Source of the DNA: Rickettsia typhi
GTDB lineage: Bacteria > Pseudomonadota > Alphaproteobacteria > Rickettsiales > UBA1997
DNA: 58,020 nt
NCBI GenBank assembly: GCA_945890035.1
Contig: CAMDCJ010000001.1
Span: 1 to 58,020, forward strand
Reading direction: 5' to 3'
Below, in pieces: positions 53,208-58,020 of this stretch. The notes under the pieces were generated by a model. That model was not told the origin of the DNA and ran no database searches. It worked only from the letters and a program-made list of their open reading frames with translations. How positions within the stretch are numbered: the stretch's first letter is position 1; every line of letters begins with the position of its first letter. The translations under genes and the position numbers were made by a program.

Positions 53208-54005
53208 TCAAACAATAATTTTGGCTTTTTTAAAAATTTTATGAAAATTTTTAGTGGTTTGTTCGATAACATTTTCGACTTCTAAATTCTTTAATTTAGC
53301 AATAAATTCCGCCAAATAAAAAGTAAAGGCGGGTTGATTTGTTTTTCCACGATGAGGCATTGGTGATAGATAAGGCGAGTCGGTTTCAATTAATAAAAAT
53401 TCAAGCGGAATTTCTTTGACAATTTTTTGCAACTCTTCGGCATTTTTAAAAGTAACTATGCCGGCAATCGAAATATAAATTCCCAAATCTAAAGCGCATC
53501 GAGCTAGTTCTGGCGAGCTTGAAAAGCAATGTAATAGTGCAGGAAATTGCTGATTTTTTTGAGTATTTTTTAGAATTTCCATCATATCATTATCGGCATT
53601 TCGCGAGTGAATTATCAAGGGCAAATCACTTTTTGTACTCGCCTCGATATGTTCTAAAAAAGATTTTTTTTGCAATTCAACCTGACTTAAATCGTGATAA
53701 TAATCGAGTCCGGTTTCGCCAATTCCAATAATTTTTTGATTTTTTTCACAAATTGCTAAAATTTGCGAAGCGGTTCTGAATTCTTCAACGCTTACATTGC
53801 AAGGGTGCAAGCCGATTGAAGCATAAATATTTTGATTATTTACCGTGTATTTTAAAATTTTTTCAATGGCGCTAATTTTAGTGCAAATCGTTTGCAAGAT
53901 TTTCACATTTTTTTCTTCACAATTTTTTAAAATCTCTTCAATCGTAATGCCTTTTTCCTCAATCAGGTCTAAGTGGCAATGAGTATCAACAATATAATTA
54001 GGCAT
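53208..54005 (-). CDS. tatD: TatD family metal-dependent hydrolase/DNase
   Basis: 265 aa with DTHCHLD, IGETGLDY, IIHSR, LHCFS and ETDSPYL. Confidence 0.88.
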   Translation of the reverse strand: MPNYIVDTHCHLDLIEEKGITIEEILKNCEEKNVKILQTICTKISAIEKILKYTVNNQNIYASIGLHPCNVSVEEFRTASQILAICEKNQKIIGIGETGLDYYHDLSQVELQKKSFLEHIEASTKSDLPLIIHSRNADNDMMEILKNTQKNQQFPALLHCFSSSPELARCALDLGIYISIAGIVTFKNAEELQKIVKEIPLEFLLIETDSPYLSPMPHRGKTNQPAFTFYLAEFIAKLKNLEVENVIEQTTKNFHKIFKKAKIIV

Positions 54006-54531
54006 TGTTATTATTACGAATTTGAGTTGAAGAAATATTTAATTTTCGACTGTGAAAAATCGAAAATTTTGGCAATTTTTTTGATTTATTTTTATATTTT
54101 TGATAAAGTTTTAACGCTTTAAAATTATTTGCTTTTTTTAAATAATTATCACGAGAAAAAATCGCAAATTCAATTTTTTGAATAAGATTTTTAAAGTCGT
54201 GCCAACGATGCAGTTCCAACAGATTATCAGCTCCCATCACCCAAATAAATTCATAATTTTTGTGTTTTTTTTGTAAATAATTTATTAGATCAATAGTGTA
54301 AAAATTATTGATTTTTTTAACATAAATTTTGGGATTTTTTTTTGTTAAAATTTGACAATTTTTAACGCGCTCTTCGAAAGATAAAAAATCATTTTTTGCT
54401 TTTAATGGATTTTGTGCGGTAGGAATCCACCATAATTGATTTAGGGCGAGTTTTCTAATGGCAATTTCACTTAAATGAATATGCCCTAAATGCGCAGGAT
54501 TAAAGCTTCCGCCAAGAATTCCAACCTTCAT
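53998..54531 (-). CDS. nadD: Nicotinate-nucleotide adenylyltransferase
   Basis: 177 aa with the (H/T)xGH motif GGSFNPAHLGHIH and C-terminal ISSTQIR. Confidence 0.85.
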   Translation of the reverse strand: MKVGILGGSFNPAHLGHIHLSEIAIRKLALNQLWWIPTAQNPLKAKNDFLSFEERVKNCQILTKKNPKIYVKKINNFYTIDLINYLQKKHKNYEFIWVMGADNLLELHRWHDFKNLIQKIEFAIFSRDNYLKKANNFKALKLYQKYKNKSKKLPKFSIFHSRKLNISSTQIRNNNNA

Positions 54532-55406
54532 TAACTAAATAAAATTGCCGTTAAAAACAAAATACCAAACCATAAATTTTCTTTAAAAAATTTTAAACAT
54601 TCGGCGGGTTTTTTTAAATCACATTTTAAAATTTTATATAATATTAATAATCCGCTAAAAATCATTAATAAAAAATAAGACAAACTCAACTCTTCGTAAA
54701 CTCCAAGCATTATAAAAAATAATGTGGTTATGATGGCAATTTTATATAAAGATTTTTTGGGATTGTTAGAATTTTTTTTAAAAAAAAGTATGGCACTAGA
54801 TTTTATACCGATGCGTAAATCATCTTCAATGTCTTGAAAGCCATAGATTGTATCGTAAAGAAAAGTCCAAGAAATGCATGCCAAATAAAGAATTATTAAT
54901 CCAAAACTTATTGAAGAATTGAGCGCTAAACCCGCCAAAATTATGCCAAAATTAAAAGTAATTCCTAAAAAAATTTGCGGAAAATAAGTAACTCTTTTCA
55001 TTAGTGGGTAAGTCATTATTAAGCCTAGAGCAACAAAGCCACCAATTATGGTTTGATAATTAAATTGTATCAAAATAATTAACCCCAAAAACAATAAAAT
55101 TGCCAGGAAAAATAATGCTTTTTTTGTAGAAATTTTTTTGCAAGCAAGTGGACGATTTTTCGTACGCTCTACTTTTTTATCTAAATTTTTATCGAGTAAA
55201 TCATTGATAATGCACCCCGCACTGCGCGTCAAAAAAGCTCCGACTATAAATAAAATTGTGGTAAAAATTAATTTTGGAATGGCGATGTCGGGATTAGTTT
55301 TATAAATTAGCGCAATTGCGAAGAAACATGGCAAGATTAATAACGCGGAGCCAATTGATTGTTTGATTCTGATCAATTCTAAGAAGGTTTTTAAAGTAGT
55401 TTTCAT
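54531..55406 (-). CDS. ubiA: 4-hydroxybenzoate polyprenyltransferase
   Basis: 291 aa, polytopic, with the Asp-rich motifs NDLLDKNLDKKVERTKNRPLA and YGFQDIEDD. Confidence 0.88.
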   Translation of the reverse strand: MKTTLKTFLELIRIKQSIGSALLILPCFFAIALIYKTNPDIAIPKLIFTTILFIVGAFLTRSAGCIINDLLDKNLDKKVERTKNRPLACKKISTKKALFFLAILLFLGLIILIQFNYQTIIGGFVALGLIMTYPLMKRVTYFPQIFLGITFNFGIILAGLALNSSISFGLIILYLACISWTFLYDTIYGFQDIEDDLRIGIKSSAILFFKKNSNNPKKSLYKIAIITTLFFIMLGVYEELSLSYFLLMIFSGLLILYKILKCDLKKPAECLKFFKENLWFGILFLTAILFS

Positions 55407-55482
55407 TTATTTTCTTGTTTTTTTACGAAGTTTGAATTAATTTTTAGATATAAAATTTTAAACTATTAAATAATTTTTTCAA

Positions 55483-57483
55483 ATGCATAAATTACTCATA
55501 GCAAATCGTGGTGAAATCGCTTGTCGAATTATCAAAACTTGTCGCAAGATGGGCATCAAAACTGTTGCGGTTTATTCCGACGCGGATGCTAATTCTTTGT
55601 TCGTTCAAATGGCGGATGAGGCTGTTAATATTGGCGCCTCGCCTTCTTCACAAAGCTATTTAAATGTTGAAAAAATCCTTGGGGCGGTTAAGAAAACTGG
55701 TGCAACAATGGTGCATCCCGGATATGGCTTCTTATCAGAAAATCGTAATTTTGCCAACGCTTTAGAAAAAGCTGGAGTAATTTTTGTTGGACCATCGACT
55801 TATTCAATTGAAATGATGGGCGATAAAATTGAATCGAAAAAGATTGCAATTGAAGCTAATGTTAGCACGGTTCCTGGACATATGGGCGTTGTTAAAGATG
55901 ATGTTGAAGCCACAATGATTGCTGAAAAAATTGGCTTTCCCGTGATGGTTAAGGCGTCTGCCGGCGGTGGCGGTAAAGGCATGAGAATTGTTTGGAAAAA
56001 AGAAGAAATGTCAGAATGTTTTCTTTCGGCTTCAAATGAAGCGCGCAACAGTTTTTCCGATGATCGTGTTTTTATTGAAAAATTTATTGAAAATCCGCGA
56101 CATATTGAAATTCAAGTTTTGGCCGATAAACACGGCAATATAGTTTGTCTAGGAGAGCGCGAATGCTCGATTCAGCGCAATAATCAAAAAGTTATTGAAG
56201 AGGCTCCGAGTCCATTTTTAGATGATATTACTCGTCAAAAAATGTATGAGCAATCAAAGGCACTAGCGCAAAAAGTTAAATATTTTTCGGCAGGAACGAT
56301 CGAATATATCATGGATAAAAATAGAAATTTCTTTTTTCTTGAAATGAATACAAGGCTTCAGGTTGAGCATCCAGTGACTGAATTGGTAACAGGTTTAGAT
56401 ATTGTTTCTTTGATGATAAAAATCGCTCTTGGCGAAAAACTGCCATTTAAACAAGAGGATATAAAATTAAATGGTTGGGCAATTGAGTCACGAATTTATG
56501 CCGAAGACCCTTCGCGTGGCTTTTTACCTTCTTCGGGAAGAATTAGTCTTTATATTGAACCTGAAGAAAGTGAAAATATTCGCGTTGATTCTGGAGTTTA
56601 TGAAGGTGGCGAAGTTAGTATGTTTTATGATGCTATGATTGCCAAATTATGTTCATTCGGAAAAACTCGTAATGAAGCAATTGAGCATATGCGCAATGCC
56701 TTGGGTAGTTTTGCAATTAACGGCGTTTCACACAATATAAGCTTCCTTGAAACAATCATGAAAAATGAGCGATTTGTTGCGGGAAATATATCAACTTCTT
56801 TTATCAAAGAGGAATTCCCAGTCGGCTTTTCAGGAAGTCATCTCGATTCGATTGCTGAAGAAGTTTTGATTTCTTGTGCCATGCAAATTTTCTTAAAAAA
56901 TTATGAACGCAACGCCCATATGACGGGACAATTGCGTAATCGTCAAAAGCAAGTTTCTGAGCGTTGGGTGGTTTTTATTGATGAGAAATCTTATCTCGTC
57001 AATATTTTAGATCGTAGCGAAGGTTATTTAAAAATTGAATGCGATGGTAAAGAAATAGAATTAAAAAATAGTTGGAATAATGGCGAAAAATTATTTCGTG
57101 GCTTCGTAAATGATCGCGCGGTTGGTGTTAAAGTTCGTGAAAATAATAATACCGGAAATTATTTGTTGCAATATTCGGGTCTCGACGCCTTTGTAAGTGT
57201 TCATTCTCCAAGAATTGCTGAGTTAAATAAATTCATGCCAAAAATTCTAAAAAATGCTAAGCCGAAGAATCTTACTTCACCAATCACGGGCAAAATTATT
57301 CGCTTTAAAGTGCAAGAAGGAGATGAAATTAAGGCGGGTCAAGAGCTTGTTATTATTGAGGCCATGAAAATGGAAAACATTATTCGTACCGATCACGATA
57401 TTAAAATTGGTAAAATTAAATTTAACGAAGGTGAAGTAGTCGGAATTGGTCAAATAATAATTGAATTTGTACCGCAATCCTAA
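55483..57483 (+). CDS. pccA: Biotin-dependent acyl-CoA carboxylase alpha subunit (propionyl-CoA carboxylase PccA-like)
   Basis: 666 aa with a biotin carboxylase domain (KLLIANRGEIACRI, GGGGKGMRIV, EMNTRLQVEHPVTE) and a C-terminal biotinyl domain with EAMKMEN. Confidence 0.85.
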   Translation: MHKLLIANRGEIACRIIKTCRKMGIKTVAVYSDADANSLFVQMADEAVNIGASPSSQSYLNVEKILGAVKKTGATMVHPGYGFLSENRNFANALEKAGVIFVGPSTYSIEMMGDKIESKKIAIEANVSTVPGHMGVVKDDVEATMIAEKIGFPVMVKASAGGGGKGMRIVWKKEEMSECFLSASNEARNSFSDDRVFIEKFIENPRHIEIQVLADKHGNIVCLGERECSIQRNNQKVIEEAPSPFLDDITRQKMYEQSKALAQKVKYFSAGTIEYIMDKNRNFFFLEMNTRLQVEHPVTELVTGLDIVSLMIKIALGEKLPFKQEDIKLNGWAIESRIYAEDPSRGFLPSSGRISLYIEPEESENIRVDSGVYEGGEVSMFYDAMIAKLCSFGKTRNEAIEHMRNALGSFAINGVSHNISFLETIMKNERFVAGNISTSFIKEEFPVGFSGSHLDSIAEEVLISCAMQIFLKNYERNAHMTGQLRNRQKQVSERWVVFIDEKSYLVNILDRSEGYLKIECDGKEIELKNSWNNGEKLFRGFVNDRAVGVKVRENNNTGNYLLQYSGLDAFVSVHSPRIAELNKFMPKILKNAKPKNLTSPITGKIIRFKVQEGDEIKAGQELVIIEAMKMENIIRTDHDIKIGKIKFNEGEVVGIGQIIIEFVPQS

Positions 57484-57485
57484 AA

Positions 57486-58020
57486 TTAATTATTAGCGAT
57501 TTTGATAATTTTTGAGCAAGCAAAGCTTGAAATGGCGATGATTAAAATCGTTAAGGCGAATAAAATTTTGATATTTAATTCATAATTTTCATTAATCGTT
57601 GCCGAGGTAATTATTAAAATTGGTAATGCCAAGGGAATGGCGATTATTGAAATCATCGAAGTAAATCCACCAAGCATTGACAAGCTTCCGCAAAAAGCTA
57701 ATAAAAAACTCAAAGACAAACTATTTAAAATTAATACTAAAAAAAATTGCCAAAAATTTAAAATTTCGAAGGCGCTAATTTTTAAAATTATCGTTGCCAA
57801 CAAGGCAATTAAAAAGCTTGAAGAGAGCCAGCTGGCAAGGCATTTGGCGATCACAAAAATTTCTAAATTTGAACAATGAATTATAATTTGTTCTAAAGAG
57901 CCATCGCGAAAATCCTTTTCTAAAAAATCATTATTGATAGTGATAACCGAAGTGAGTATGGCAATTATTGTGCCAATTACAAAAAGTTGTGACTGTAAAT
58001 TTTTTTCAAAATTTTGTGTT
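57486..58020 (-). CDS. ccmB: Heme exporter protein B (CcmB), 5' end outside the window
   Basis: The minus-strand frame is open from the window edge (..IGTIIAILTSVITINNDFLEKDFRDGSLEQIIIH..) through the 122-aa track ORF. The DGSLEQ motif and about 6 TM helices fit CcmB. The track GTG start at 57854 is internal. Confidence 0.75.
   Translation of the reverse strand, partial: TQNFEKNLQSQLFVIGTIIAILTSVITINNDFLEKDFRDGSLEQIIIHCSNLEIFVIAKCLASWLSSSFLIALLATIILKISAFEILNFWQFFLVLILNSLSLSFLLAFCGSLSMLGGFTSMISIIAIPLALPILIITSATINENYELNIKILFALTILIIAISSFACSKIIKIANN

Overview
This is a 58-kb chromosomal window from a visibly AT-rich genome (roughly 30% G+C by eye, not computed) with very dense gene packing. The gene content includes split-E1 pdhA-pdhB plus lpdA, system-I cytochrome c maturation genes ccmB/ccmD/ccmE, hemH-ybeY-tlyC, bolA-grxD, ubiA/ubiB/ubiE, pccA and an orphan VirB2-type pilin. 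Many neighbouring genes overlap by 1-40 nt. Together this points to a reduced-genome, probably intracellular alphaproteobacterium of the Rickettsiales type; the species cannot be named from sequence alone. I call about 62 protein genes (two below the 60-aa cut-off of the ORF track, one partial at each edge), one tRNA-Phe(GAA) and a few intrinsic terminators or leader hairpins. The only clearly accessory coding unit is a two-gene restriction-modification cassette at 24807-26947, a C5 cytosine methyltransferase translationally coupled to a PD-(D/E)XK nuclease, lying between recJ and nth. The most unusual content is non-coding. Four large intergenic loci (2183-3291, 23928-24806, 47092-47550, 51338-52060) are built almost entirely from a shared set of GC-rich palindromic modules. 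These modules are nested inside each other, duplicated in tandem and assembled into 280-430-nt giant inverted repeats. They begin at or inside the stop codons of upstream genes, and one supplies the last 9 codons and the stop of ccmE. This resembles Rickettsia palindromic elements, REPs or MITEs, but I could not match the modules to a named family, and no transposase is present in the window. Other notable points: rpoD carries a >=140-aa lysine-rich N-terminal extension whose upstream ATG is separated from the main frame by a -1 shift exactly on an A_AAA_AAG heptamer. PNPase has an Arg/Gly/Asp-rich repetitive C-terminal tail. The atp operon stops after atpG. An agmatinase-like gene and an AstE/AspA-like deacylase gene form an overlapping pair.
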